A stretch of 43,370 nucleotides of DNA from contig JAPYWV010000001.1 in the NCBI GenBank assembly GCA_028276165.1, positions 1-43,370 on the forward strand, read 5' to 3'. Position 1 is the stretch's first letter; each line of letters begins with the position of its first letter. Position numbers and translations under genes: made by a program. The notes under the pieces were generated by a model. That model made no database searches. It saw only the letters and a list, made by a program, of their open reading frames with translations, and was not told the DNA's origin. Positions 22,340 through 32,381 of the stretch are shown one piece after another. The stretch is from Acidilobaceae archaeon. GTDB taxonomy: Archaea > Thermoproteota > Thermoprotei_A > Sulfolobales > Acidilobaceae.

Positions 22340-25300
22340 ATGAGCTCCCGTTTAAAGGCTTTAGCAATTGCTCTCGCAACACTCCTAGTACTACCACTAA
22401 TCCTGGCTCAAGCTACCCCCGCTTTAGCCCAGGTTAAGGGGCCTGCTGTTGATAGGGTTGAGTGGTTTAGAGTCAACATACCAGACGTACCTGCAGCCAT
22501 AACAGCTGGTAAGATAGACCTCTACATATTCGGCAGGCTCCCAGCCGCAATGGCCGAGGGTTTAGCTGCAACACCTGGTATAAGGATTGTAACGGCACCA
22601 GCAGGGTTAACAGACATAGTCTTAAACCCTGCTCCTGTTCAGATTCTGAAGTTCCCTGGTAGGGAGTCTAGGGAGACTGTTGCTTTGAAGCTTGGTGTTA
22701 ACCCAATGTTGATTAGGTATGTTAAGTATATTGAGGCTGAGAGGAAGACTGAGGTCGAGCTTTGTGGTGTTGTAGACGTACCTACGGGTGTTGAGGAGGT
22801 TTTCAGGGCTGAGAAGGTTAACTTCAACCCATTCTGTATAAGGGAGATTAGATTCGAACTACAGTACGCGTTCGATAGAGAGCGTATCGCTAGAGAGGTC
22901 TACAGAGGATTCGCTCTTGTAAAGTACACGTTCTACGGCCCAGACGACCCAACGTACGTGGAGCTAGTAGAGGTTATAGCCAGGTATGCTTTCGAGTATA
23001 ACTTCGAGAGGGCTAAGAGGAACATCGAGGATATAATGAAAGCTGTAGGAGCTGATCTCATTGGGGGTAAGTGGCATTATAGGGGTCAGAGGGTTGACAT
23101 AATTGGTATCATAAGAGTTGAAGATGAAAGGCTTGAACTTGGAAGATCATTCGCATTAGAGCTAGTAAAGCTAGGGTTCCATGTTATACCATCAGAGCTT
23201 ACGTTCGGGCCAGCGATAGGGATAGTTTATGGTACTAACCCGATAGACTTCCAGTGGCACTTCTACACTGAAGGTTGGGGTAAGGGTGCTCTAGATAGGT
23301 ATGATCCAGGTAACCTAGCCCAGTTCGGTGCCGATATAATAGGCTACTTGCCAGGCTGGGGTGAGCCTGAATACTGGAACTACAGGCACGAGCTTACAAT
23401 CGATGGTAGGAATGCTTCTGACTACGCTAGAGACGCCTACTACATGAAGGTTAAGAGTAAGGAGGAGTGGCTTGAAGCTCTAAGAAAGGGCACAGATCTA
23501 GCCATAAGAGAGTCCATTAGAATATGGGGTTTCGCAACACTAGACAAGTGGCCTGTAAGAGCTGAAGTCCAAGGATTAACGGTAGACCTAGGAGCAGGCC
23601 TTAGGAGTCCATTTAACTGTAGGGGCTGGTTCATACCTGGTAGGACTGATATCAAGGTTGGACACCTATGGGTATGGACAGCGACAACGGTATGGAACAC
23701 GTTTAGAGGATTTAGAGACGTGTACAGCGTTGACCCTGCAAGGTGCACCTACGACTTCGTAGTCTGGAGGCATCCATTTACAGGTATGCCTATACCGTTT
23801 AGAGCTAAGTTCACTGTTGAAACTGCAGGTCCTGATGGTAAGCTTAAGGTTCCAGATGATGCGTTATGGTTTGATGTTAAGAGGAAGACCTGGGTATACG
23901 CTAGGGAGCTAGGTAGAACTGAGGCTACCAGTAAGGTTGTCTTCGACATGTCACTATTCCTTGGAGCTAAATGGCATCACGGCCAGACCATAACATGGGC
24001 TGACCTACTGGGAACACTAGCACTATACCTAGACGCTGTCTACGACCCTGAGAAGGCTAAAATAGAGAGGGCATTCGTAGCTGTAAATAAGGAGGGTTTT
24101 GATACAGTTGTAGCCGTGAGACCTGTAGGTAACAATCTCGAAGTCTACATAAACTTCTGGCATTTCGAGCCAGCTTACATAGCTGATTGGGCTACATGGG
24201 CTACCTCCACGACAATACCGTTTGAGCTTGTTGTTGCTCAGACTTATGCTGGTTATATTGCTAAGGAGTTTGCATTAGACCTAGCTAGAGCTAGAGCTGA
24301 GAACCTACCATGGCTTAGTCTTGTTATGAAAGCTCATGCTGAGAAGGTTGCAGGTTACTTCAGGGATGGTAGGATTAAGTTCGATGACTTCAAATCATAC
24401 GTTACAACACCTGCAGGAGCGCTAATGACGCCTGCTGAGTGGGATGCTAGGGTTAGAGCTCTCCTATCATGGTTTGATAGAACTGGCAACCTATGGGTTT
24501 CCAATGGGCCGTACATGCTAACATACTATAGCCCTGAGGAGCAGAAGCTGATACTAGAGGCTTTCAGAGACCCGACTTACCCGTTCGGGCCCAGAGATTG
24601 GGTTTTCGGTGAAGCTAAACCAGTAGCGATAACAGAGGTCATAGCGCCCATGATACCTATTGGCGGTGTTGGTAAGATTGTTGTTAAAGCTGAGGGCCCA
24701 GGTGTTATTACCGTTAAGTATGTTGTCAGGGATCCTGTTACAAAAGCTGTTATCACTAGTGGTGTTGCTAAGAGTACAGCTGAGGGTTTCGTCGTAGAGC
24801 TCCCCGAGACGATAACAAGCCTACTCAATCCATTCACTGTATACGAGGTTCTACTTATAGCCTACTCGACTGAGATAACACTTCCAACTGAGAAGATTGT
24901 TAGGATCACTACTGTCCCTGCTGGTCTTGTTGCTGAGATTGGTGGTGTAGCGGCTGCTGTTGAGGAGCTTGGTAGGAATCTAGCTGAGGTTCAGGCTGAT
25001 CTTTTGAGGAGGATGGAGGAGCTTAGGGGTTCTCTTAGTGCTGAGCTTGCTTCTAGTATTAAGGCTTTAAGTGATGCTTTGACTGAGAGTATCTCCGCTA
25101 TAGGTAAGGCTACGAGTGATGCTATTGCACGTCTTGGATCTAGTGTTGAGGGTGGGTTTAAGAGGACTGATGATAGGATATCTGCTGTTGAGGATAGGAT
25201 TACTGGTGTTGAGAGGAAGCTATCAACGGACATACAGACCGTAGGGCAAACGGCTGAAGCAGCACAATCCAATGCAAGACTAGCACTCATAGTAAGCGTT

Positions 25301-25354
25301 ATAAACCTACTAGTACTACTAGGAGTAGCAGCAATGATATTCACTAGGAGGTAG
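22340..25354 (+). CDS. oppA: ABC transporter substrate-binding protein, family 5 (peptide/nickel type), with a long C-terminal helical stalk and TM anchor
   Basis: About 1000 aa. Signal peptide MSSRLKALAIALATLLVLPLILAQATPALAQ after a GGTGAGGTGGAGG SD-like run. The body has the family-5 SBP pattern. The last ~140 aa are an A/S/L/E-rich helical repeat plus the TM LALIVSVINLLVLLGVAAMIFTRR. Confidence 0.8.
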   Translation: MSSRLKALAIALATLLVLPLILAQATPALAQVKGPAVDRVEWFRVNIPDVPAAITAGKIDLYIFGRLPAAMAEGLAATPGIRIVTAPAGLTDIVLNPAPVQILKFPGRESRETVALKLGVNPMLIRYVKYIEAERKTEVELCGVVDVPTGVEEVFRAEKVNFNPFCIREIRFELQYAFDRERIAREVYRGFALVKYTFYGPDDPTYVELVEVIARYAFEYNFERAKRNIEDIMKAVGADLIGGKWHYRGQRVDIIGIIRVEDERLELGRSFALELVKLGFHVIPSELTFGPAIGIVYGTNPIDFQWHFYTEGWGKGALDRYDPGNLAQFGADIIGYLPGWGEPEYWNYRHELTIDGRNASDYARDAYYMKVKSKEEWLEALRKGTDLAIRESIRIWGFATLDKWPVRAEVQGLTVDLGAGLRSPFNCRGWFIPGRTDIKVGHLWVWTATTVWNTFRGFRDVYSVDPARCTYDFVVWRHPFTGMPIPFRAKFTVETAGPDGKLKVPDDALWFDVKRKTWVYARELGRTEATSKVVFDMSLFLGAKWHHGQTITWADLLGTLALYLDAVYDPEKAKIERAFVAVNKEGFDTVVAVRPVGNNLEVYINFWHFEPAYIADWATWATSTTIPFELVVAQTYAGYIAKEFALDLARARAENLPWLSLVMKAHAEKVAGYFRDGRIKFDDFKSYVTTPAGALMTPAEWDARVRALLSWFDRTGNLWVSNGPYMLTYYSPEEQKLILEAFRDPTYPFGPRDWVFGEAKPVAITEVIAPMIPIGGVGKIVVKAEGPGVITVKYVVRDPVTKAVITSGVAKSTAEGFVVELPETITSLLNPFTVYEVLLIAYSTEITLPTEKIVRITTVPAGLVAEIGGVAAAVEELGRNLAEVQADLLRRMEELRGSLSAELASSIKALSDALTESISAIGKATSDAIARLGSSVEGGFKRTDDRISAVEDRITGVERKLSTDIQTVGQTAEAAQSNARLALIVSVINLLVLLGVAAMIFTRR

Positions 25355-25380
25355 CCTGAAGGGAGACCACACCCAAACAC

Positions 25381-25405
25381 CTTTTTCCATTCTACTTTCC
25401 TTTTA
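25381..25405 (+). terminator. T-rich tract downstream of the binding-protein gene
   Basis: CTTTTTCCATTCTACTTTCCTTTTA, followed by TATA-like ACTTTTAAGG ~40 nt before the oppB ATG. Confidence 0.35.
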
Positions 25406-25462
25406 ATCTAAACTTTTAAGGTTCTACTGTTAGATTGTGTTAGAGGTGCGGGGGCATACTCT

Positions 25463-26575
25463 ATGCCCTTAGATAGGAGATCTCTTAGGGTAATAGGTTT
25501 TAGGGCTATAACCCTATCCATAACCCTAATCCTTGTCCTGGTAATGACAGCCATTATTGTAGGCGCTACAGGGTATGATCGCGTGATACTCAGCGCTATC
25601 ATAAGGGAGGAGGTTAGGCAGTATAGGGAGCAGCTCACAAGACCGGGTTCAGAGCTGCCGAGGGAGGAGGTTGAGAGGTTGGTGGCAGAGTATAGGGAGT
25701 ATCTTATAAGAACTTATGGTCTCGATAAACCTTGGTATCAGAGATCCCTTTCTCTCATACCTAAGGTTATAGTTCTGGATCTTCATGTAAGTCAACCTGA
25801 GGTAGCGGGGGTTGTCGGTTTATCCCCTCCAGTCAAAGTAGGGGATGTTATTGCGGTAGCCCTACCAAGGACTATAGTGATGATCACCGTCGCCTACATA
25901 ATATCGGCTTTGATCGCCATCCCGCTAGGGCCTTTCATAGCTTATAGGAGGGGTAGTACCTTGGATAAAGGGGTTATAACGTATGCTGCTATAACAAACG
26001 CCTTCCCCACATGGTGGATTGCAATGCTAGCCGTAGCTCTGGCAGGCTTCTACCTAGGGATAGCTCCAACAAGCTATAGGCCTATAGCTAAGCTCATATC
26101 AGACTTCACGTCAAACCTACTATCACTAGATGTGATCGGCCTAACTGTGACCTTTAAGGACATCCTCTACTACTCATACCTCCCAATACTTGTTGTAACT
26201 TTCGCGACTCTAGGTGGGTGGCTGTACTCAGCTAGAGCTGTGGCCATAAGGGTTGTAAGCGAGGACTACGTTATAGCTGCTAGGGCTAGGGGGTTGTCTG
26301 AGGGTAGGGTTGTTAGAAGGTATGTAATGAGGGTTATAGCAGGCCCTATACTTACATTCGTGATACTAGGGCTAGCTGGTAGCATTGGGGGTTACATTAT
26401 AACGGAGACTGTATTCGACTGGCCTGGCATGGGGCTCCTATACTATACGTCCATAGCGACAGGCGACAGCCCCATGGTCTTAGCCCTTGTCTATGTTACC
26501 ACCCTAGTCTACATAGCCGCTAGGTTTATACTAGAAGTCTTATACGTAATCCTGGATCCGAGGGTGAAGCTGTAA
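25463..26575 (+). CDS. oppB: peptide ABC transporter permease (OppB/DppB type)
   Basis: 370 aa polytopic protein with the EAA-type loop ..DYVIAARARGLSEGRVVRRYVMR.. typical of BPD transport permeases. Confidence 0.85.
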   Translation: MPLDRRSLRVIGFRAITLSITLILVLVMTAIIVGATGYDRVILSAIIREEVRQYREQLTRPGSELPREEVERLVAEYREYLIRTYGLDKPWYQRSLSLIPKVIVLDLHVSQPEVAGVVGLSPPVKVGDVIAVALPRTIVMITVAYIISALIAIPLGPFIAYRRGSTLDKGVITYAAITNAFPTWWIAMLAVALAGFYLGIAPTSYRPIAKLISDFTSNLLSLDVIGLTVTFKDILYYSYLPILVVTFATLGGWLYSARAVAIRVVSEDYVIAARARGLSEGRVVRRYVMRVIAGPILTFVILGLAGSIGGYIITETVFDWPGMGLLYYTSIATGDSPMVLALVYVTTLVYIAARFILEVLYVILDPRVKL

Positions 26576-28167
26576 TGCTAGAGAGGAGGAGGGAGGTTAG
26601 AGAGAGTCTTATTAGGTACCTTGCGAGATCCCTATGGTCGAACTTTAAGGAGGTATGGGCTTACAACCTAGGTAAGGTGAGTGTGCTAATAATAGGCTTT
26701 ATGGTCTTAGCCTCGATATACTCCCTTGTAACCCTACCACCAGATTTCCCTCAAATGTGGAGGGCCACCGATAGACCGCCTTGGACCTTAAACCCTAAGC
26801 AAGGCTACCCTGTATGGGTTAAATACCTGGGGATCCCGGTTTCAGAGACTGTTTCATACGATAATGTTAGGCTCCAGGAGGCTCGGATCGTGGTACCTAG
26901 GGGTCCAGGGGATTTCCCACCTAGAGACCTCGATAGGATCCTCCCAGAGTATAATAGGTCACTTGGCATTAAATCACTAGTACCGATAGGTTACATTGAG
27001 GTTTACAGGGTTAGCTATACTTTAACCAGCAACGTGTTTCCACAGGATGTGGTGGTCATACTGAGAGCTAAGGCTGGTGAGGGGGTTAACCTGACAGGTA
27101 TAAGTGTTATACCAATGGTGTTCGTGACGAGGCCCGATGGGCTAGTCCTCTACACCTTCGAGGGTAAGTATACACTGGAGAGGCTGGTTGCAGGTGTTGA
27201 GGTTAAGATGAGATGTGAGCTGTTTGCTACAAGCTACATAAGACATTATGGGTTAAACGCTACTGTTGATCGTGTCTGTACACTTTTAAATAGGCCCATA
27301 TTCGGGGAGCCGGTTGATGCCAGAGCATCAGATTTCAAACCTGTTACCGGAGAGTATCAGATCACCCTAGCTCTCTGGTATACTGGAGCAGATCCTAGGG
27401 TTGTAGAGAGGCTTATAAGTAAAGGTGACATAAGTGTTTCAACCAGTATTAGGGTTATCGGGAACAGCTACGGTCTCCTAGGCACGGATACCAAGGGTAG
27501 GGATTTGTTCCAAGGGCTAGTCTACGGGTTCCCAGTAGCCTTGATAATAGGGTTCTCTGTCGCCTTCGCCATCGTAGCCATAGGCCTCGTACTAGGTGTT
27601 ATTAGCGGGTATTTTGGTGGTAGGGTTGACGAGGTTATACAGAGGCTTGTCGACGTCATAGTTAATATACCACTACTACCCCTACTCATACTGGTAGGTG
27701 TGGCCATACAGACTGGAGGTTGGACTGGGTGGCCTGCACTAACCATTATAATGGCTGTTCTAGTAGCGTTCAGCTGGGGAGGAACCACGATCATAGTTAG
27801 AAGTATGACTCTAAGCATTAAAGCGGAGCCTTACGTTGAAGCCGCTAAAGCTCTAGGTGCCTCCACTTGGAGGATAGTGTTTAGACATATAATACCACAG
27901 ATTGTACCGTACGCAACAGCAGTCCTAGTCTTCAGCGTACCTGGAGCTATAATAGCCGAGGCTGGCTTAAGCGTACTAGGCATAGATCACGGCCTGCCAA
28001 CGTGGGGTAGGATTCTAGCTGATGCTCAGGCCGAGAGAGGTGTAGCTTATAAGATGTGGTGGTGGGTCCTACCACCGGGGCTAATGCTAGGCCTCTTCGG
28101 CTTCGCCTTCGTAGCCCTCGGCTTCACCCTTGAGACCATAGTTGAGCCTAGGCTTAGGAGGAGGTGA
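26575..28167 (+). CDS. oppC: peptide ABC transporter permease (OppC/DppC type) with a ~260-aa extracytoplasmic insertion after TM1
   Basis: 530 aa. The C-terminal 230 aa are a standard OppC core (..EPYVEAAKALGASTWRIVFRHIIPQ..). The start overlaps the oppB stop (ATG/TAA shared base). Confidence 0.85.
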   Translation: MLERRREVRESLIRYLARSLWSNFKEVWAYNLGKVSVLIIGFMVLASIYSLVTLPPDFPQMWRATDRPPWTLNPKQGYPVWVKYLGIPVSETVSYDNVRLQEARIVVPRGPGDFPPRDLDRILPEYNRSLGIKSLVPIGYIEVYRVSYTLTSNVFPQDVVVILRAKAGEGVNLTGISVIPMVFVTRPDGLVLYTFEGKYTLERLVAGVEVKMRCELFATSYIRHYGLNATVDRVCTLLNRPIFGEPVDARASDFKPVTGEYQITLALWYTGADPRVVERLISKGDISVSTSIRVIGNSYGLLGTDTKGRDLFQGLVYGFPVALIIGFSVAFAIVAIGLVLGVISGYFGGRVDEVIQRLVDVIVNIPLLPLLILVGVAIQTGGWTGWPALTIIMAVLVAFSWGGTTIIVRSMTLSIKAEPYVEAAKALGASTWRIVFRHIIPQIVPYATAVLVFSVPGAIIAEAGLSVLGIDHGLPTWGRILADAQAERGVAYKMWWWVLPPGLMLGLFGFAFVALGFTLETIVEPRLRRR

Positions 28168-28185
28168 GCAAGGATACCCCCTATC

Positions 28186-29280
28186 ATGAGGGTTGAGGAT
28201 CTAAGGGTTTGGTTCCCCGTTAGGAAGGGCATCATTGAGACCCTACTGGGTAGAGTTGAGTATGTGAGGGCTGTTGACGGTATATCGTTTAACGTCGAGA
28301 AGGCTGAAACCTTCTGCCTTGTCGGTGAGAGCGGTTGTGGTAAGACTACCACGGCTAGGGCTATAATGATGTTGGTTGATAGGAGTGATGTTAAGAGTGG
28401 TAGGGTGCTCTTCAGACCCCACGATGAGGTTTTAGAGGAGATAGCTAGGATACAGCCTAACGCTATCGTGGACGGGGAGTACGTTGACATCTACAAGACT
28501 AGGGGTAGGGCTGAGAAGCTTATTAGAAGGGAGGTTCAGATAATATTCCAGGACCCCTTCGGTAGCATTAACCCTAGGATGAAGGTGTACGATGTCGTCG
28601 AGGAGCCCCTAGTAGTCCACGGTATAGGTACCAGGGAGGAGAGGTTTGAAGCTGTAGCTAGGGCGCTTGAAGCAGTTAAGCTAACCCCACCAGAGGACTT
28701 CATGGCCAGGTACCCGCACCAGCTTAGTGGTGGTCAGAGGCAGAGGGTTGCGATCGCTAGAGCTCTAGTCCTAAACCCGAGCATGCTCTTAGCAGATGAG
28801 CCTGTATCAATGCTAGATGTATCGATTAGAGCCGAGGTCCTAGAGGTTTTCAACGAGCTTAAGACCAAGAGGGGGCTATCGCTGGTATTCATTACACACG
28901 ATATAGCTCTCGCAAGGTACATATGTGATAGGATAGCTGTAATGTACCTTGGGAAGATAGTTGAGGTTGCTAGAGCTGACGAGATAATAGAGAAGCCGTT
29001 ACACCCGTACACGAGGGCTCTGATAAGCGCTGTACCAGACGTGGTCCCAGAGAATAGGTTGAAGCTGAGATACGTGCCGATTAAAGGTGAGGTTCCAAGT
29101 GCCATAAGGATACCGGCTGGGTGCAGGTTCAGGCCTAGATGTGTAGCCTACGATGAGAACGAGTGGGTTAGAGGGTTCTGTGAGAGGGAGGAGCCTGGGT
29201 TAGTTGAGGTTGAGAGGGACCACTACGTGGCATGCTGGATACCGATAAAAAGGGGGCCTGAGGGCTCCAGCGTGAGTTGA
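28186..29280 (+). CDS. oppF: oligopeptide/dipeptide ABC transporter ATP-binding protein (OppF/DppF type)
   Basis: 364 aa. Walker A GESGCGKT, LSGGQRQR, LLADEPVSMLD and the C-terminal HPYT..GCRFRPRC extension. Confidence 0.85.
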   Translation: MRVEDLRVWFPVRKGIIETLLGRVEYVRAVDGISFNVEKAETFCLVGESGCGKTTTARAIMMLVDRSDVKSGRVLFRPHDEVLEEIARIQPNAIVDGEYVDIYKTRGRAEKLIRREVQIIFQDPFGSINPRMKVYDVVEEPLVVHGIGTREERFEAVARALEAVKLTPPEDFMARYPHQLSGGQRQRVAIARALVLNPSMLLADEPVSMLDVSIRAEVLEVFNELKTKRGLSLVFITHDIALARYICDRIAVMYLGKIVEVARADEIIEKPLHPYTRALISAVPDVVPENRLKLRYVPIKGEVPSAIRIPAGCRFRPRCVAYDENEWVRGFCEREEPGLVEVERDHYVACWIPIKRGPEGSSVS

Positions 29281-29290
29281 AGTAACCCCC

Positions 29291-31348
29291 TCATCTAGGC
29301 CCTTGAGCTCTCGACCTTGCCAGAACCTCTGCTACATCCATAACCTTGAAACCGTAGTTTTCAGCCTCCCCTCTAAACATTATGTTACAGTATGGGCATG
29401 CGACTACGACTACCCTCTCACCCTCACCAGCCTCGAGTGCTTTGTAGGCCTCCTCGGCTCTAACCTTGCTAATCCTCTCTCCAACCCTAACCTCGTAGAA
29501 CAACTGACCACCACCGCCTCCACAACAGAAGCTCCTCTCCCTACTCCTAGGCATCTCCACTAGTGTTAGCCTACGTACACCCCTTAGTATAGCTCTAGGC
29601 TCCTCGTACACGTTATTCCACCTCCCAAGGTAGCATGGGTCATGGTATGTCACTGTAGCCTTATAAGATCCCGGCTTCACCCTACCCTCTCTTATCAACC
29701 TCGCTAGCAGCATTGTATGGTGTTCTACGCTAGCAGACACCCTATCGACTATCCAAGCTTTATCCCCTAGCCTCCCCTCAAGGTAACCCTTGTACCTCCT
29801 ATACTCCCACCTGAACGCTGTGTAACAGTGGGGGCAGTTTACTAGGAGCTTCTCGAAGTCGTACTTTGAGAGAGCCTCTAGAGTATTCGAGGCTAGCTCT
29901 AGGAATAAAGCCTCCTCCCCCATCCTCAGGGCTGGATCCCCTGTACACAGGTTCTCCGGGATAACCGCAACCCTTACCCCAGCCTCTCTGAGGAGCTCTA
30001 GTAGGGATTCAGCTACACCCCTAACCCTAGGGTCTAGGCTTGTAGCACAACCAGGCCAGTACAGGTACTCGTATTTAACACCGGGCCTGGCCACCACCTC
30101 ATCCCCATACCTAGACCTTAGCTCCTCAAACCACTCATCCCTCGCTACAGGTGAGACCCCCATGGGGTTACCTAGGTGTTGCATGCTCTGAATGCTGTTG
30201 AGAACCCCCTCTGGTATGCTCTCATCGCCAACACTCATCATACCCCTCCTCACATCTATTATGGAGTCTACATGGTGTATGAGCACTGGGCACTCGTAGA
30301 CACATGCACCGCAGGTAACACAACTCCATATAGCCTCGCTACTAACACCACCATCACCCCAGGGCCTCCTATCCCATTCACCCTTGTACATTAGATCTCT
30401 TAGTGTGACGATAACAAGCCTAGGGTCGAGGGGTTTACCTGAGGCGTACGCGGGGCAAACGTTGGTACACCTCATACAGCTAGTACAGGCGTCCCAGTCG
30501 AGCCTCTGCTTCCACGTAGAGTACCTTAGCTCAGCTAACCCCAATGGTGTACCGCTGGAAAGCCTCTCATCCACGTCATTGTATGCTCTTAGGGCTCCAA
30601 CGGGGGGCCCGGGCCTGGCTAGGGCTATGTTGATGTTAGAGGCTACTATATGCCATAGGTTTGTGAATGGTATTAACGCTATAGCCAGCTGGGCTAACAC
30701 CATGTGGGTTACCCAGAGGATCCTATAGTAGAACTTGAGCTCGTCGAAGGAGAGCTGTGATGCTAGCATGTAGAAGGGGTAGCCTAGGGGGTCGAAGAGT
30801 GGTGACTCGAAGGAAGCCCTGTAGGCTGCAGCACTCATACCGTTTAAAGCGAACCCCGTGATGACAATGGCTATGAGGAGGCCGTGGACGACATAGTAGC
30901 CTGGATCCCTGGGGAGCCCGGGTGTAAGCCCATAATACCTCCTAACAATAGCAATACTACAACCCACTAGTACCAGGAGCCCAGCAATGTTGCCGAGGAG
31001 CTTGTACATCATCCAAACCCAGCCTACGAGGAAGGGGCCAATGTAGTAGTCTAAAGCCCTAAGAACGGTCATTATGAAAAGCCATAGGATACCAAGGAAT
31101 ATAGCGAGGTGCATTAAACCAGGAAACCTGTGCCTTAAAACCCTCCACTGAAGCAAACTGTATAGAACAATGTTTCTAAGCGAGCTACCTGGGTTGAATG
31201 AAAGCTTCTCACCGTACGCAGTCCACCTACGATAGGCCACGATGAGACTGTATAGGAGGATTGAAGCTGATATGAGGGCTGTAATGTAAACAAGTAGCTT
31301 GATATCCTCGACCATGAAATAGTGGCGTATCCCTACTTCGCTCAACAC
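29291..31348 (-). CDS. membrane-bound Fe-S oxidoreductase: NarI/HdrE/DsrM-like b-type membrane domain fused to an HdrD/DsrK-like domain
   Basis: 685 aa. About 250 aa are polytopic with conserved His residues. Then come two 4Fe-4S motifs (CTSCMRCTNVCP, CVTCGACVYECP) and two CCG-type Cys-rich domains (..PGCA.., ..CPHC.., ..DPCY.., CCGGGGG, CPYC). GTG start. Confidence 0.75.
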   Translation of the reverse strand: MLSEVGIRHYFMVEDIKLLVYITALISASILLYSLIVAYRRWTAYGEKLSFNPGSSLRNIVLYSLLQWRVLRHRFPGLMHLAIFLGILWLFIMTVLRALDYYIGPFLVGWVWMMYKLLGNIAGLLVLVGCSIAIVRRYYGLTPGLPRDPGYYVVHGLLIAIVITGFALNGMSAAAYRASFESPLFDPLGYPFYMLASQLSFDELKFYYRILWVTHMVLAQLAIALIPFTNLWHIVASNINIALARPGPPVGALRAYNDVDERLSSGTPLGLAELRYSTWKQRLDWDACTSCMRCTNVCPAYASGKPLDPRLVIVTLRDLMYKGEWDRRPWGDGGVSSEAIWSCVTCGACVYECPVLIHHVDSIIDVRRGMMSVGDESIPEGVLNSIQSMQHLGNPMGVSPVARDEWFEELRSRYGDEVVARPGVKYEYLYWPGCATSLDPRVRGVAESLLELLREAGVRVAVIPENLCTGDPALRMGEEALFLELASNTLEALSKYDFEKLLVNCPHCYTAFRWEYRRYKGYLEGRLGDKAWIVDRVSASVEHHTMLLARLIREGRVKPGSYKATVTYHDPCYLGRWNNVYEEPRAILRGVRRLTLVEMPRSRERSFCCGGGGGQLFYEVRVGERISKVRAEEAYKALEAGEGERVVVVACPYCNIMFRGEAENYGFKVMDVAEVLARSRAQGPR

Positions 31349-31484
31349 CGGGCACCCTGCTGTAATGTAGCATGTGATGGTTTAAATCCTTATGTATAGT
31401 AGTATACAGTGTTGGGGTTGCATTCAACCTTCTACCGTATAGCATTTATACCCCTACATAACACCTAGTGTTAGGGTCACCGGT

Positions 31485-32381
31485 ATGACGTTTAAGCTGC
31501 TAGGATCGGATGTTGATAAGCTTGTCGATGTAAAGGGTTTAATAGCTCTTATTGAGAAAGCCCTGGTGGAATCCCCTAAGCCTCCTCCTAGGACTTCCCT
31601 CGAGTACCTCGGCTCATGGTTTGGTGTTATGCCAGCCTCCGGGCTAGGCTACTATGTTGTTAAGATTGTTGGAGTTTACCCCGAGAACCCTAGTAGGGGT
31701 TTGCCGCTTGTTAGGGGTACCCTCCTCCTCTACGATCCTAGGAGTGGTGATCTGCTACTAGAGGCTGATGCGGGGCCGGCTACCGGTTGGAGAACTGCTA
31801 CCACAACATTGATAGCGTTAAGTCTTATGGGCTACTCTGGTGGAGCTCTAGGCGTTATTGGCGCTGGTGTTCAGGCACGCTACCACCTTGAGGTTATTAG
31901 GAGGACTGTAGGCTACGATAGGCTCCTGGTATACGATGTAATTAGGGCTAGGGCTGAGGCTCTAGCTAGGGAGTATGATGGTAGGGTAGCTAGTAGCCTT
32001 AGGGAGTTACTTGAAGCCTCTGATACGATAGTGGCAGCCACCACTAGCAGAGAGCCTGTGGTTTTAAACTCCTACGTTAGAGGTGGAGCTCTAGTAGCGA
32101 GTATCGGGGCCCCGAGGCCCGTGAGGGAGCTTGACCCGGAGCTGGTCAGGAGGGGTAGGTGTCTACTAGTGGATACAAGGGAGGGGGTTACTAGTGAGAG
32201 TGATGACTGGGTTGGAGCTGAGAGGTTGGTGGAGCTCTCCGAAGCTCTAAAGGGGGCTAGGTGTGAGTGGGGTGATATTAGGGTTTACAAGAGTGTTGGC
32301 TACTCACTATTAGACCTGGCTATAGCGGTACACCTCTACGAGAGGGCTAGGAGCTTGCTAGGAGCTCCCTCACAGTCTTAA
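31485..32381 (+). CDS. ornithine cyclodeaminase / mu-crystallin family protein (archaeal alanine dehydrogenase-like)
   Basis: 298 aa. ..GVMPA...YVVKIVGVYPENP..GLP.V.G..LL.D..SG... RTA..T and the Rossmann loop GVIGAGVQA. The 3' end overlaps the convergent deacetylase gene by 35 nt. Confidence 0.75.
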   Translation: MTFKLLGSDVDKLVDVKGLIALIEKALVESPKPPPRTSLEYLGSWFGVMPASGLGYYVVKIVGVYPENPSRGLPLVRGTLLLYDPRSGDLLLEADAGPATGWRTATTTLIALSLMGYSGGALGVIGAGVQARYHLEVIRRTVGYDRLLVYDVIRARAEALAREYDGRVASSLRELLEASDTIVAATTSREPVVLNSYVRGGALVASIGAPRPVRELDPELVRRGRCLLVDTREGVTSESDDWVGAERLVELSEALKGARCEWGDIRVYKSVGYSLLDLAIAVHLYERARSLLGAPSQS

